Source of the DNA: Patescibacteria group bacterium
Lineage (GTDB): Bacteria > Patescibacteriota > Minisyncoccia > UBA6257 > 2-01-FULL-56-20
DNA: 64,000 nt
Assembly: GCA_038063055.1 (NCBI GenBank)
Contig: JBBTVY010000005.1
Location: 2,444 to 66,443, forward strand
Direction: 5' to 3'
Shown: positions 16,418-27,290 of the stretch, in pieces
How the letters are laid out: each line of letters opens with the position of its first letter
Numbering within the stretch: the first letter of the stretch is position 1
Translations under genes and position numbers: made by a program
The notes under the pieces: model-generated
The model's database searches: none
Seen by the model: the letters and a program-made list of their open reading frames with translations, nothing else
What the model was told of the DNA's origin: nothing

Positions 16418-19213
16418 TTATCGAATTCCTAATAACGGCCCAAAGGCACTTAACACTTGGGCGAAAAATCCCTGATTAACCGGTTCAATCATTGAACCCG
16501 GGCCGAACTGCTGGCATGCCGGATCCTGATAATTTTGCATGCAGTAGGCCTGGCATTCTTCGGGAGTTTTGCAGCCGCCTGGTCCAGTAAAATCAGCGCC
16601 ACCATCTCCCGATGTCGGCGTTTGCGATTGATATGCAGTACAACGAGAGTCACCTATATTGGCCTTACAAAATTCTTCCCATGAAGAGTATCCCTGCGGA
16701 ATCGCCGACTGGTCCCCGCCTTGTTGCTGTTGTACCCCACTATCTCCGCCCTTGGGCTGGCAGGACTGAAATTTAGCTTGAACAGACGGGTCGGGTGTTC
16801 CCTGCTGTTGTTCTCCGTCGCCACCGCCACCGCCTAAAGAATTAAGGCAGGCCTGAAATTCACCGCATGATTTAGTAAGACACGCGTTAACTTTTTCTTT
16901 TTGGCAGGCCTGGACTTTCGCATTAACTTTTGGATCGGGCGTACCTTGCGCTTGTGGCTGGCCGCTCGGCGCTTGATCGCCACCTTGCTGGAGAGACTTC
17001 ATGCAGGCGTCAAATTCCGAGCAAGAAAACGCAAGGCAAATATCTATCTTCTCCCGAAGACAGGATAACGCTCTTGCCTGTACTTTTTTCCCGCTTTCGT
17101 CCTGTGGTCCTTCTTGTCCGGATGATTGCTGATTGCCCTTAGGCAAAGCGTCAAAACACGAGTTGAACTCGGCACAGGTGGCTTTACTTAAACAGACCTC
17201 AATTTCTTTACGGATATCCTGACCCATCAAGCTCTCGCATTTTCTCTGTGCTGTTTCTAAGGCGGGTGACTTTGCTTCTGATTGTGTTATTTTTCCGGCC
17301 TTGAATCGTCCAAAAAAAGAGGGACCCAATTCTTTCTCCATGCAGGCAAGCCACTCTGGAGGAGCTTTATCAAGTGATGTCATAAACTTACGCTGTTCTT
17401 CAATGTTTTTAAGATCTTCTTCGCTGAGCATGCCGTGGTCCTTAGCCCAGTTAAAGCAGGTGTCCTGGTTAATGACACAGAATGCCTCACAGTCGGCTTT
17501 GCTCTTGCAACCGCCGGGGCCCGAGGTGATTTTAAATTTTTTGGCCATTTCCGCTTCTTCTTTTGAGATAAAGCCGGCGCGCACCGCAAAATCCACACAC
17601 TCATCAATGTGCGCTTCACTTTTGCAGTAACTGTCACACGCCTCTCGCGACCTGCAATTCCCCGGACCCTTACCGCCGGTTTTCTTCACGATATCGGCTT
17701 CCTCTCTTGTCATAAAACCAACTTTCACTGCAAAATCAATGCACTCATTAGTGTGAGTGTCGCTCGCGCAATAGGCATCGCATGATTCTTTTGTCGTGCA
17801 TCCGCCGGGCAACTTTCCGCCGCTCTTAAGATACGGGAGTATTTTATTGACCGCCTCGGCGTCTTCTTTTGGTATAAATCCGGCTTTCTGGGCAAATTCC
17901 ATGCACACAACCGCATTAGCCGAGTTTTCACAATACTTCAAACAACTTTCTTTGGTTTTGCAGTTTCCCGGAAACGCCACGCCCGCCTTTTTAACATCGG
18001 TTATCTTGCGTATTTCTTTTAATTCGTCGGCACTGGCCAATTTAAACTTTTCCACAAAATTGACGCATTCCTCCAGGTGGTCAATGTCTTCGCAGTATGT
18101 TCGGCAGGCAACCTCATCTTTGCACTGGCCGGGACTTTCTCCTTTTTCCATTGCCGCAAAAACACCTTTTTTCTCCTCAGGCACTTCTATCGTTAATCCG
18201 ACTTTTTTGGCAAATGTGACACATTTTGAGTAATTGCTTGATACACTGCAGTAGGTTTTGCAATCTTCTTGGCTACCACAACTCCCCAACTCTACTACCG
18301 GGTATGCAATGGCCACTGGTTCAGGTATTAACATTCCCCGTGGTTCAGATGTCTGTGGTTCAGACCCTAGATACGACTGACACCTGCTATCGTTGCCCAC
18401 ATTGAATGTGGACACAATTTCTGATTGACTCAACGTCCTGTTGTATACGGAAACCCCACCGATCACGCCGAAGAAAGGTTCGGCAGCGCCACCCCGGTCC
18501 CATGCCCCGAGCGTGAATGGCGCCTCGCTTGTGGTGTTGGCGCCCGGAGCTTCGGCGGTTCCTTTCAGCTTGCCATCTACATATAATTTCATGGTACCGG
18601 AGCCGTCTCTCGTAGCAACGACATGGTACCAAGTATCCGTGTTAATAGTCGTAGTGATTTTACCTCGGGATTCGCCAGAGATACCGGCGGATTCTCCTGC
18701 AAAAAACTCCAACATTCGATCATCCCCGCCCGCTTTCAGCCAATATCCATACCCGGGACCTCTCACTGGATAATTTGACTTTCTGATGATGTTACCTGCG
18801 GGTATTCCACTGCCGCGGAGCCCCAAACGAAACCAAACTTCCAATGAAAACGGGCCTGTTCCAAAATTTAAACTCTTGGAATTTTCCATCCTGATATATC
18901 CGCTGGATCCATCAGGATGAAAATTATTCCCATTTTCCCAAGAACGAATAGTGACTCCGCCATGGATCGTTCCATTATTTCTCGCCTTCATATCCGCGAC
19001 GGTTTTCATCTCCGAGGCGGTTTTCCCCGTAACCGTATCTCCATTCCACCGACTAACCAAACCAGAAGGGGGTTCTGGGCAAATCTTTCCAGATAGTGAG
19101 GTCTGTCCAATTCCTTCTCCTTCGTTTTGAGCAAAAACGATATAAGTGCTGACTAAAAACAACAAGACTATTATTGATGGGAATATAAAAGTTTTCTTCG
19201 GAGAGATTGGCAT
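16418..19213 (-). CDS. Secreted LamG-like domain protein with Cys-rich GPGxC repeats (~931 aa)
   Basis: Start reassigned to MPISPKK at 19213; LamG motifs (WYHVVATRD, LYVDG, YNRTLS); repeated PGxCxxxxxCxxYC. Confidence 0.8.
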   Translation of the reverse strand: MPISPKKTFIFPSIIVLLFLVSTYIVFAQNEGEGIGQTSLSGKICPEPPSGLVSRWNGDTVTGKTASEMKTVADMKARNNGTIHGGVTIRSWENGNNFHPDGSSGYIRMENSKSLNFGTGPFSLEVWFRLGLRGSGIPAGNIIRKSNYPVRGPGYGYWLKAGGDDRMLEFFAGESAGISGESRGKITTTINTDTWYHVVATRDGSGTMKLYVDGKLKGTAEAPGANTTSEAPFTLGAWDRGGAAEPFFGVIGGVSVYNRTLSQSEIVSTFNVGNDSRCQSYLGSEPQTSEPRGMLIPEPVAIAYPVVELGSCGSQEDCKTYCSVSSNYSKCVTFAKKVGLTIEVPEEKKGVFAAMEKGESPGQCKDEVACRTYCEDIDHLEECVNFVEKFKLASADELKEIRKITDVKKAGVAFPGNCKTKESCLKYCENSANAVVCMEFAQKAGFIPKEDAEAVNKILPYLKSGGKLPGGCTTKESCDAYCASDTHTNECIDFAVKVGFMTREEADIVKKTGGKGPGNCRSREACDSYCKSEAHIDECVDFAVRAGFISKEEAEMAKKFKITSGPGGCKSKADCEAFCVINQDTCFNWAKDHGMLSEEDLKNIEEQRKFMTSLDKAPPEWLACMEKELGPSFFGRFKAGKITQSEAKSPALETAQRKCESLMGQDIRKEIEVCLSKATCAEFNSCFDALPKGNQQSSGQEGPQDESGKKVQARALSCLREKIDICLAFSCSEFDACMKSLQQGGDQAPSGQPQAQGTPDPKVNAKVQACQKEKVNACLTKSCGEFQACLNSLGGGGGDGEQQQGTPDPSVQAKFQSCQPKGGDSGVQQQQGGDQSAIPQGYSSWEEFCKANIGDSRCTAYQSQTPTSGDGGADFTGPGGCKTPEECQAYCMQNYQDPACQQFGPGSMIEPVNQGFFAQVLSAFGPLLGIR

Positions 19214-19214
19214 A

Positions 19215-19454
19215 TTATTCAAAAGGGTTTTTATAAATTGTATCAAAGGGATTTTTTTGTTCTTTGAAGGGATTAGTATCCGGCACCTGACCCTGAAGTT
19301 GGTTTTGTGTCTTGTCAAAAATTTCGCTCCCCAGCGAAGGAACTCCTTCCGAAGACGGGGCTTGCTTACTCTTTGACCAATACCAAAAACCGACCCCGCC
19401 GACCGCGAGAACCAATACAGCGACAACAATAGAGATGAGTTTCTTATTACCCAC
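19215..19454 (-). CDS. Small membrane-anchored hypothetical protein
   Basis: N-terminal TM, C-terminal NPF repeats (TNPF, KNPF, KNPFE). Confidence 0.75.
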   Translation of the reverse strand: MGNKKLISIVVAVLVLAVGGVGFWYWSKSKQAPSSEGVPSLGSEIFDKTQNQLQGQVPDTNPFKEQKNPFDTIYKNPFE

Positions 19455-19662
19455 AGTTATTATTTTATTATATTTTAATTATACCTTATTATACCTTATA
19501 CCAAAATTATCGACGCGAGAGGCACAACCCAAACTTGGAGGCCCGCTAATAACGATTTTATCGAGAGGCCGAATAGCCCTGAAAACGCTCAATAAACGCT
19601 CAATAAACCGATTTATTTCACCGACTTGACAGACCGCTGATTTCGGCCTACCGTTAAAACAT

Positions 19663-20904
19663 ATGAAAAAAATACTTTTCCTTACTCTTATTGCGGTCAT
19701 CGCGCTGGTTTCCGTAAGCGCGGTCTTGGTCGCCTCAAGCGCCAGCGACCGTTTACCCGGGCAGGTGCTCGTCAAATTTAAAGAAGGTACGCCCGCGCAT
19801 ACAGTTGAAGCGGTTATTAATTCCGGCAGAGGAAAAATTGCCGATAGAATCGAAGCGCTCGGCGTTTTGGTGGTAAGCGTTCCGGCGGCTCAAGAAGAGA
19901 GAGTCGTCGCCGCGCTTTCCCGCAATCCGCACGTTGAGTACGCGGAGTTGGATTATCTCGCCTTCGCCGTGCTTACTCCAAACGACCCATCTTTTGCGCC
20001 GAATCAGTGGGGATTGGAAAACACGGGACAGAGTATAGGAGGACAGGAGGGTTCGGTGGATGCTGATATTGATGCTCCCACTGCCTGGAATACGACTCTG
20101 GGTAGCAGTAGCGTGCGGATAGCCATTCTCGATTCCGGTATTGACCAAGACCATGAGGACCTCTCCGCTAAAATTGTTGTTCATCGGAATTTTACGACTT
20201 CTACCACAACTGACGACCTCTACGGTCATGGCACTCATGTAGGAGGAATAGCGGCGGCTATAACCAATAATGGAATTGGAGTTGCCGGGGGCTGTCCGAA
20301 TTGCGTTTTAATGAACGGGAAGGTGCTGGGCGATAACGGCTCCGGAGCATACTCGTGGATAACCAATGGAATCATCTGGGTGGCTGACAACGGCGCCAAA
20401 GTGATTAACTTGAGCCTCGGCGGAACCTCTCCTTCCAAGACACTGGAGAGAGCGGTGAATTATGCCTGGAACAAGGGCGTGGTGGTAGTGGCAGCGGCAG
20501 GAAACTGCGGCTGCAGGCAGAAAATTTATCCCGCCGCATATAAGAACGTGATTGCGGTTGCCGCAACCAACAATCTGGATAAAAAAGCGTCTTTCTCGAG
20601 TTATGACGCGCGCTGGGTGGATATAGCGGCGCCCGGAGAAAACATCTTCTCGACTTTTCCGAACCACGCATTTTACATCCAGACACTATACGGCCGCTCC
20701 CAGAACTACGATTTTGCGAACGGGACCTCCATGGCTTCCCCAATGACTGCCGCCGCAGCCGCGCTTGTTTGGTCAACCCCTTACGGGACATCGGCCGCGG
20801 CAGTGCGGTCGCGCTTGGAACAAACAGCCGACAAGATTGGCGGCACCGGAACATATTGGTTCTCGGGACGGGTCAACGCCGGCGCGGCGGTTGCGCCTCA
20901 ATAA
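19663..20904 (+). CDS. Secreted S8 subtilisin/thermitase-like protease
   Basis: ILDSG, HGTHVGG, AAAGN and GTSMASP catalytic motifs; TTGACA-N17-TACCGT upstream. Confidence 0.93.
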   Translation: MKKILFLTLIAVIALVSVSAVLVASSASDRLPGQVLVKFKEGTPAHTVEAVINSGRGKIADRIEALGVLVVSVPAAQEERVVAALSRNPHVEYAELDYLAFAVLTPNDPSFAPNQWGLENTGQSIGGQEGSVDADIDAPTAWNTTLGSSSVRIAILDSGIDQDHEDLSAKIVVHRNFTTSTTTDDLYGHGTHVGGIAAAITNNGIGVAGGCPNCVLMNGKVLGDNGSGAYSWITNGIIWVADNGAKVINLSLGGTSPSKTLERAVNYAWNKGVVVVAAAGNCGCRQKIYPAAYKNVIAVAATNNLDKKASFSSYDARWVDIAAPGENIFSTFPNHAFYIQTLYGRSQNYDFANGTSMASPMTAAAAALVWSTPYGTSAAAVRSRLEQTADKIGGTGTYWFSGRVNAGAAVAPQ

Positions 20905-20925
20905 GCCGACTAAACGCTGATTTCC

Positions 20926-20959
20926 AAAACAAATAGCGCCTAACGGCGCTATTTGTTTT
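20926..20959. terminator. Bidirectional intrinsic terminator
   Basis: aaaacaaatagcgcc-taac-ggcgctatttgtttt. Confidence 0.9.
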
Positions 20960-20995
20960 TATTTTTCCGGCCGCAGATAACTCGCTCCTTTGAAT

Positions 20996-22258
20996 TTACC
21001 TTCTCCTCCATTTCGGGGGATTGAATCGGCGCTGTTGCGGGCGTCCCTGGTATCGGCTGAAACTGGAACCGGGACGGCCGCGGCCCGGAACGGGACGCCT
21101 TGCCCCGGCGTAAGACGGAGCGGAAGATGTCATCATTCGCGCCGGAGGAAGTTCGGGAAGTTTTGAAAGCGGCAGGACGGAACGGATAAGGCGCTCAATG
21201 TCGCGGACGTCGCCTTTCTGGCTGGGCATGGCGAATGAAATTGCGTGACCGGCGCCGCCCGCGCGCGCGGTCCGCCCGATGCGATGGACGTAATCTTCCG
21301 AGCTTTGCGGAAGGTCGTAATTAAGAACGAGTTCTATTCCCTTCACGTCTATGCCTCTCGCGGCAATGTCGGTCGCGACAAGAATGCGGTATTTGCCGTT
21401 GCGAAATCCTTCAAGCGCCTCTTTCCGCTGTCCGAGCGAGCGATTGGAGTGCAATTCGGCGGATGAATATCCGAGTGAGCGGATTCCGGCGGCAAGTTTT
21501 TTGGCTCCGTGTTTAGTTCGGGAAAAAACGAGCGCCGAACCGCGGTATTCCCCCAATATTTTTTCCAAAAGCCGCGACTTGTCATGTTTCTCCACAAAGA
21601 AAAGTTCCTGGGTGACTTTCTCGACAGTAGTGCCGGAAGGAGCGATTTCTATTCGCACGGGGAGTTTCATGTAACCCCTCGCTATCGCGACGATTGCCTG
21701 GGGCATCGTCGCCGAAAAAAGCATTGTCTGCCGTTCGCGGGGAAGAACGTTCAATATCCGTTTCAGTTGCGGAGCGAAACCCATATCGAGCATCCGGTCG
21801 GCTTCATCGAGCACGAGAATGGCCACCGACTTCAAAGAAACCGTCTTTTGTTCCATATGGTCGATGATTCTTCCCGGCGTTCCGATAACGATTTGCGGAT
21901 TTTTGCGGAGCGCTTGAATCTGGCGGCCGATTGGTTCGCCGCCTATCAAAACCGCGGCCCTTACCCCGAGAGTCGTTCCAACTTTATGAAAAACATCGTG
22001 TACTTGAAGGGCAAGTTCCCGGGTCGGCAGGATAACAAGTCCCTGCTTCCCGCTAAGAGCCATCTGAAGCATGGGTACTCCGAAAGCCAGGGTTTTTCCG
22101 GTTCCCGTTTGCGCGACGCCTATGAGGTCTTTCCCTTCGATTGCCGGAGGAATCGATTTTTCCTGAATAGGGGTGGGAATCTTAAAGTGAAGGCGGTCGA
22201 GCACCCCCAAAATATTCGGCGCGATGCCCAGATTATGGAAACCGGAATGTTGGTTCAT
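20996..22258 (-). CDS. DEAD-box RNA helicase (RhlE-like)
   Basis: AQTGTGKT, PTRELA, DEAD, SAT and HRIGRTAR motifs. Confidence 0.95.
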   Translation of the reverse strand: MNQHSGFHNLGIAPNILGVLDRLHFKIPTPIQEKSIPPAIEGKDLIGVAQTGTGKTLAFGVPMLQMALSGKQGLVILPTRELALQVHDVFHKVGTTLGVRAAVLIGGEPIGRQIQALRKNPQIVIGTPGRIIDHMEQKTVSLKSVAILVLDEADRMLDMGFAPQLKRILNVLPRERQTMLFSATMPQAIVAIARGYMKLPVRIEIAPSGTTVEKVTQELFFVEKHDKSRLLEKILGEYRGSALVFSRTKHGAKKLAAGIRSLGYSSAELHSNRSLGQRKEALEGFRNGKYRILVATDIAARGIDVKGIELVLNYDLPQSSEDYVHRIGRTARAGGAGHAISFAMPSQKGDVRDIERLIRSVLPLSKLPELPPARMMTSSAPSYAGARRPVPGRGRPGSSFSRYQGRPQQRRFNPPKWRRR

Positions 22259-22345
22259 ATTATGAATACCATAACATAAAATCCCCGACCGAAAATAATG
22301 TCAGAAATCAGAACGCAAAAAAGTTTCATCGTGACAATTCCATAA

Positions 22346-23335
22346 TTATAGAATTTTTATTTGGGACAAAGAAACATACTGGTTGATGAGTAAAATGCCG
22401 ACAACAAGAAGAAGAATTAGAAGTCCATTCATTATAAGGCGCGCGTGCTGAACTTCTATTTTTACGAATATATTAAGCGCAAGGGCGATAATGGTGAGGA
22501 GTCCGGCCGCATAAAATAGGTAATTTAAAGTTTTTCTCGGAGATGCCGTAATTGATTCTATGCTTCCCGTCTTATCCGAAACGCCCGCTATGGTTCCGGG
22601 CCTTGAAACCGAAGAAGAATCAGCCGCAACTTCATCTCCTTTTACGGCAACAAACCCCGCGGAACCGGAAGTACCGGCAACTGTTTCATCTTTTATGATT
22701 GAAAGCTGGGCAGGATAACCGGCAGCCGATGTCTGTTTTATTCCCGGCAACGGCGCTTCGGCGGCATAGGACTTTGCCGGTCTGCCGAAAAACTGCACAA
22801 CAAAATTTGCCTCCCGTCCCTTATAGATTCCCTTAGCGGCGGCAACGCCTATTTCGGTAAAATTGACGCTTAAAACATTTTCCCTGTGCGACGGCGAACT
22901 CATCCACGCGTTTACCACGTCGCTTGAATCAATGAAATTAACCGCCAAATTTTCCCCGGCGTAAGAAAACTTGTAGCCGACATCCGCGAACCAATACCAT
23001 GGCGCAACGCCGTCAGGACTTGTATGCGCGAAATACCCTTTTTCGGCCATATCTTTGACCTTTTCCATCGCAGCCGCATCAAGGAGAGAATTTCTTTTAA
23101 GCGAAGTTAGATTATAAAGCTCCCTGCTTGTATTTGTTTCATCGACAATCGCGCCGGGCATTATAAGCCCAAAAAATCTCGAATCCGGGAGAATAAAAAA
23201 CGCGCCCAGCAAAAACATGATTTCCGCGCCGGCAAGGATAATTGCCAGAAAAAGCACCGATTTGCTTCTCAAAATATGCGGTTGGTCGTCGTTTTCCTCA
23301 TGAGGAATGAAATATTTTTTGAACCAGGCGAACAC
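22346..23335 (-). CDS. CAP/SCP-domain membrane protein
   Basis: YFAHTSP, AGENLA, WMSSPSHRENVL; GTG start at 23335, 6 nt after TATAAT. Confidence 0.85.
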   Translation of the reverse strand: MFAWFKKYFIPHEENDDQPHILRSKSVLFLAIILAGAEIMFLLGAFFILPDSRFFGLIMPGAIVDETNTSRELYNLTSLKRNSLLDAAAMEKVKDMAEKGYFAHTSPDGVAPWYWFADVGYKFSYAGENLAVNFIDSSDVVNAWMSSPSHRENVLSVNFTEIGVAAAKGIYKGREANFVVQFFGRPAKSYAAEAPLPGIKQTSAAGYPAQLSIIKDETVAGTSGSAGFVAVKGDEVAADSSSVSRPGTIAGVSDKTGSIESITASPRKTLNYLFYAAGLLTIIALALNIFVKIEVQHARLIMNGLLILLLVVGILLINQYVSLSQIKIL

Positions 23336-23433
23336 GTCCGCATTATACAATACAACAAACAAAAATTCAACCCCGTGTATTTCCGGGGCTGAATCGAGGT
23401 TTTCGCGCCGCTGTCTTTCGGGACTCCCGTTTT

Positions 23434-26400
23434 TTATCCGGGAACTTGAGACCTAAGAATTTCGGACAATTGCTGCAACAGGCCGAGAAGCTTGACTTGT
23501 AGCGCCAAAACTTGGGCGTTGAGAGCTTCTCGGCTGGCCGAGGTCGTGCTGGCTCCGGCAACCTGACTGCCGTTCAGTCGCGCTCGGGTAAGCGGGCCGA
23601 CAAATCCAGTAGCGGAAATGCCGTATTTTTGCTGATAGGCCTTTACTCCTTTTTCGGTCAGCGGGCCGAAGTATCCCGTAACTCCTCCGGAATAAATTCC
23701 CTCTTCCGCGAGCCGTTTTTGAAGCTCCTCGACATCTGAACCGCGCGAGCCGACTTTAAGGTTTTGAGTGAACTGGAAGACAGAAACTCCGAGTACTTGT
23801 CCGGATGGCAAGGCGGAAGCAGGAACTGGAGTTGGGGCTTCTTGCGTCTGGATAAAACCACCGCCTCCGCCTCCTCCAGTGCCGCCACCGCCGCTATTGG
23901 CCGGAGGACCGCCTACCACCGGTCCTTGAGTGTATGTAGTGAAACTGGTGAAGTGCTTGGTCCAAATTACCAGGTCGGAACCAACGTCAATCTTGCAGTC
24001 CCCCGCCGTTCCAAGCTGGGCATCAACCGCCGCTTGGTTGTCCGCATCGCAAACGGTGGTTATGTTCGTGAACGCGCCACCGCGGGAATAACCCGCATAT
24101 TTGCCCGCCTGTCCCGCTATAAGAATTCTCACGGCTTTGCTAAAGAGCAATTCGGTGTCCCCATAACCAATTTCTATAACCGAGGATACATCAGCGGTGT
24201 TGCCGGGCAGAGGTACGGGGTTTACGCTTGAATTTGCTTTGACCTGCGGAAGGTTCACGATGCCTGTCCATTCGGAACCGCTCGGCGCAGTGATAGTCGT
24301 ACCGGACGAAATGGCTACACTGACATTCCCCACAGTTGTATCGGAATTCACGGTAATGGCAACTGGAAGAGTTGCCGAATCGCCGCTTTGAAGCGCGGCA
24401 ACATTGAGAGTTGCGTCATTAACATCTTCCGGCACCGTGATTGTTGAGTCGCCGACAACAGAACCGTCCACAACGGCTTCCGTAAAAGTTACATCGAGAG
24501 TCGTGCTGGGAGCAAGAATTACTTGGTCTTCTAAGAGAACATTAACAGTCACCGTATGCGTTCCCACCACCAAATTGTCAGCGGTATCCACCAGTTCGTA
24601 TGTAATGGTGTAGGAGCCGGCCGGTGCGTTGGAGTTGAATTTGATTTTGTCTGCGTTGGTGAAGACGTCGTTTGTAACCAATGAAAATCCGATATCGGTA
24701 GTGCAAGTATTGGGATCATCATGACCGCTCGGGAGTACCGCATCGCAGGAGCCGGTAGCGACTAAATCATTGCCAACTGCCGCAAGCGGATAATGATATG
24801 CGTCGGTTAAGGAATCAGTTTGATCTTTCCAACCGACTTCATCCAAGTCCACCATGTCGGCGGTAAGAGCCGATGGCCCGTTAACCGTCACTTTCCATTT
24901 GATGGTTTCGGGGTCTCCAGTTCCAATCGCAGGGCCGGTATAAGTTGTGGCGCGGCCGATGTATGCGTCACTGCCACGGGCAAGAGTTGAACCGATTTGA
25001 GGAGAAAAATCCACGTTGACATCAGCTGGGTCAGCGAGAGTGATGACAGAGGTAATAACCTCAACCGTTACCACATGCGTTCCCACCACCGAATTGTCAG
25101 CGGTATCCACCAGTTCGTATGTAATGGTGTAGGAGCCGGCCGGTGCGTTGGAGTTGAATTTGATTTTGTCTGCGTTGGTGAAGACGTCGTTCGCATCAAG
25201 CGAGAAGCCAACCAGAGTGGCGCAACCATTGTCGTGCAAGTCGGCGACATCGCAAGAGCCAGTTACGATAAGATTGACGCCCACTTGTGTAAATGGATAA
25301 TGGAATGTGCTCGCGACTATTCCGGCGCCGTCAGGGTCATTGAACCCGACTTCGTCTAAATCCACCATGTTCGGTGTAAGAACCCCAGGCCCGCTAACCG
25401 TCACTTTCCATTTGATGGAGTCAGTGTCTGCTCCGAGAACAGGGCCTGTGTAGGTCGTGGCGCGGCCGATGTATGCGTCACTGCCACGGGCAAGAGTGGT
25501 GTCGATTTGAGGAATGAAAATTTCACTGACTACAGTCGGATTCGCAATGGTGATGATGGCGGGATAAACAACTTCAATCGTTGCAGCGGTAAGTTCGTTG
25601 GAAACTGGACCGCTACCATTTGCATATACTAATTGGCGTTTAATTGTGTAAGTGCCGAGAGGCGCTAAGTTCGTAAATCTTATTCTATCTACATTGGTAA
25701 AATTATCATTAAGGTCAACCCCAAAGGAATCTACTGCTCCTCCTCCATGATCAGGTGTAGATTCAGAACCTTGCGCTACTAAAGTGCCGCTTCCCGTAAA
25801 TGGGTAATGGAAAGTTTCAATATTAGTGGTAACTAAATCTTTCCAACCAATCTCGTCTAAATCCACCATGCTGGAGACGAATCCCGCTGGACCTTCTATT
25901 GTAATTTTCCATTGAACACCTGGAATGATTTCAGCAAAACTTGAAACTGAATTAATGCTATAATAAGCATTTATGTTTTGAGCTAAGGGACTTTCAAGCG
26001 CCGGTTCAAATGTTGTAGCGTTAATTGTAAGATCATCAGGACTCGGTCGTGTTAGGGTAACTTCTCCCGTAACGTTCACATTTACGACGTAGGCATTACT
26101 TAATACAAAATCTGGGTCTGGAGATGTATTTACAAGTTCGTAGGTAATAATGTAATTACCCAGCGAAGCATTGGAATTGAATTTAATTTTGTCGGCGTTG
26201 GTGAAGACATCGTTTTCATCAAGCGAGAAGCCAATATCGGTCGCGCAATCGGTATGGTCGGTCATATCAACCGTATCGTCGCAGGAGCCGGTGGCAACAA
26301 GACTGCCATCCTCTTGTTCCATAAATGGATAATGGAATACATCGGTTGGGGCGGAGGAATCGGTTTGGTCAGTCCAACCAACCTCGTCCAAATCCACCAT

Positions 26401-27105
26401 GTCAGAGGTGAGAGCGGAAGGCCCGTTAACCGTCACTTTCCATTTGATGGAATCGGTCTCTGCTCCAAGAACAGGACCTATGTAGTTCGTGGTGCGGCCG
26501 AGATACGCTTCACTGCCCCGGGCAAGAGTGGTGTCGATTTGAGGAATGAAATCTTCATTGACATCAGCTGGATCGGCGGAAGCGATGGAGGCAACATACC
26601 CCTTTGTAGGTGTAGAAGTTATAGACCAAGAAGTGCCGTCGAAGACCGCGGACTGAACTACAGATGGCGCGGAAACGTCTACCCCGGGATCACTGCCGTA
26701 GCTAACGCTGTGAATGGGAGTGTCAGTGTCATCAAATATAGTAATCGTTTCCGTATCGGGAGTATTATTCAGCCAGCCGGAGGCGTGCTCAAAAACGACA
26801 ATGCCATTCGCTGGGATAGTGCCGAGGTCGGAAAGTAATTGAGGATTAGCTAAATCCTGAATAGTCCATCCAGTCAAATCAACCGGACTTGCGGTTGTAT
26901 TCAATAACTCCACCCATTCCGGGTCAGAAGCCGATGAAAATTCATTGATAACGACATCGCCATCGCCGGGGCTTACGGCAAAAACAGGCGTGTAAAAAAA
27001 GCCGCTCATTGCCACCAATGCCACGGCTGTAAAAATTAAAGCCGACTTTTTAATCTTGCTACCCCCCACTAATACGACACGAAACGCAGATTCAATCTGG
27101 TTCAT
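23434..27105 (-). CDS. Large secreted protein: lamin-tail domain, four ~170-aa repeats, C-terminal peptidoglycan-binding domain
   Basis: VVINEF...EWVELLN...DLTGW; repeated MVDLDEVG...FHYPF; GYFGPLTEKGVKAYQ. Confidence 0.85.
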   Translation of the reverse strand: MNQIESAFRVVLVGGSKIKKSALIFTAVALVAMSGFFYTPVFAVSPGDGDVVINEFSSASDPEWVELLNTTASPVDLTGWTIQDLANPQLLSDLGTIPANGIVVFEHASGWLNNTPDTETITIFDDTDTPIHSVSYGSDPGVDVSAPSVVQSAVFDGTSWSITSTPTKGYVASIASADPADVNEDFIPQIDTTLARGSEAYLGRTTNYIGPVLGAETDSIKWKVTVNGPSALTSDMVDLDEVGWTDQTDSSAPTDVFHYPFMEQEDGSLVATGSCDDTVDMTDHTDCATDIGFSLDENDVFTNADKIKFNSNASLGNYIITYELVNTSPDPDFVLSNAYVVNVNVTGEVTLTRPSPDDLTINATTFEPALESPLAQNINAYYSINSVSSFAEIIPGVQWKITIEGPAGFVSSMVDLDEIGWKDLVTTNIETFHYPFTGSGTLVAQGSESTPDHGGGAVDSFGVDLNDNFTNVDRIRFTNLAPLGTYTIKRQLVYANGSGPVSNELTAATIEVVYPAIITIANPTVVSEIFIPQIDTTLARGSDAYIGRATTYTGPVLGADTDSIKWKVTVSGPGVLTPNMVDLDEVGFNDPDGAGIVASTFHYPFTQVGVNLIVTGSCDVADLHDNGCATLVGFSLDANDVFTNADKIKFNSNAPAGSYTITYELVDTADNSVVGTHVVTVEVITSVITLADPADVNVDFSPQIGSTLARGSDAYIGRATTYTGPAIGTGDPETIKWKVTVNGPSALTADMVDLDEVGWKDQTDSLTDAYHYPLAAVGNDLVATGSCDAVLPSGHDDPNTCTTDIGFSLVTNDVFTNADKIKFNSNAPAGSYTITYELVDTADNLVVGTHTVTVNVLLEDQVILAPSTTLDVTFTEAVVDGSVVGDSTITVPEDVNDATLNVAALQSGDSATLPVAITVNSDTTVGNVSVAISSGTTITAPSGSEWTGIVNLPQVKANSSVNPVPLPGNTADVSSVIEIGYGDTELLFSKAVRILIAGQAGKYAGYSRGGAFTNITTVCDADNQAAVDAQLGTAGDCKIDVGSDLVIWTKHFTSFTTYTQGPVVGGPPANSGGGGTGGGGGGGFIQTQEAPTPVPASALPSGQVLGVSVFQFTQNLKVGSRGSDVEELQKRLAEEGIYSGGVTGYFGPLTEKGVKAYQQKYGISATGFVGPLTRARLNGSQVAGASTTSASREALNAQVLALQVKLLGLLQQLSEILRSQVPG

Positions 27106-27290
27106 ATAAATTTACTTATGGTTTATTATTGGCCTTTGCGTGAGAATACCCCCCCTAAAAGCCTGTCAAGGGAAAAGTGGTATAAGGGGTGTATAATTTG
27201 TGCATTAGTAAAACGCTTTTGAGATTCTGACAATAGGACTGATAGCGCAACAATACCTAATTTAAAATCCAATTTGGTATAATATTACGG

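Noticed and set aside
19214-19429. N-terminal 72 aa of the 1003-aa ORF
   Set aside because: It overlaps the better-supported 79-aa membrane protein, and a signal peptide begins at the ATG at 19213.
19455-19503. Tandem AAGGTATAAT repeats as a separate element
   Set aside because: Most simply explained as a local duplication of a -10 promoter region; no further structure.
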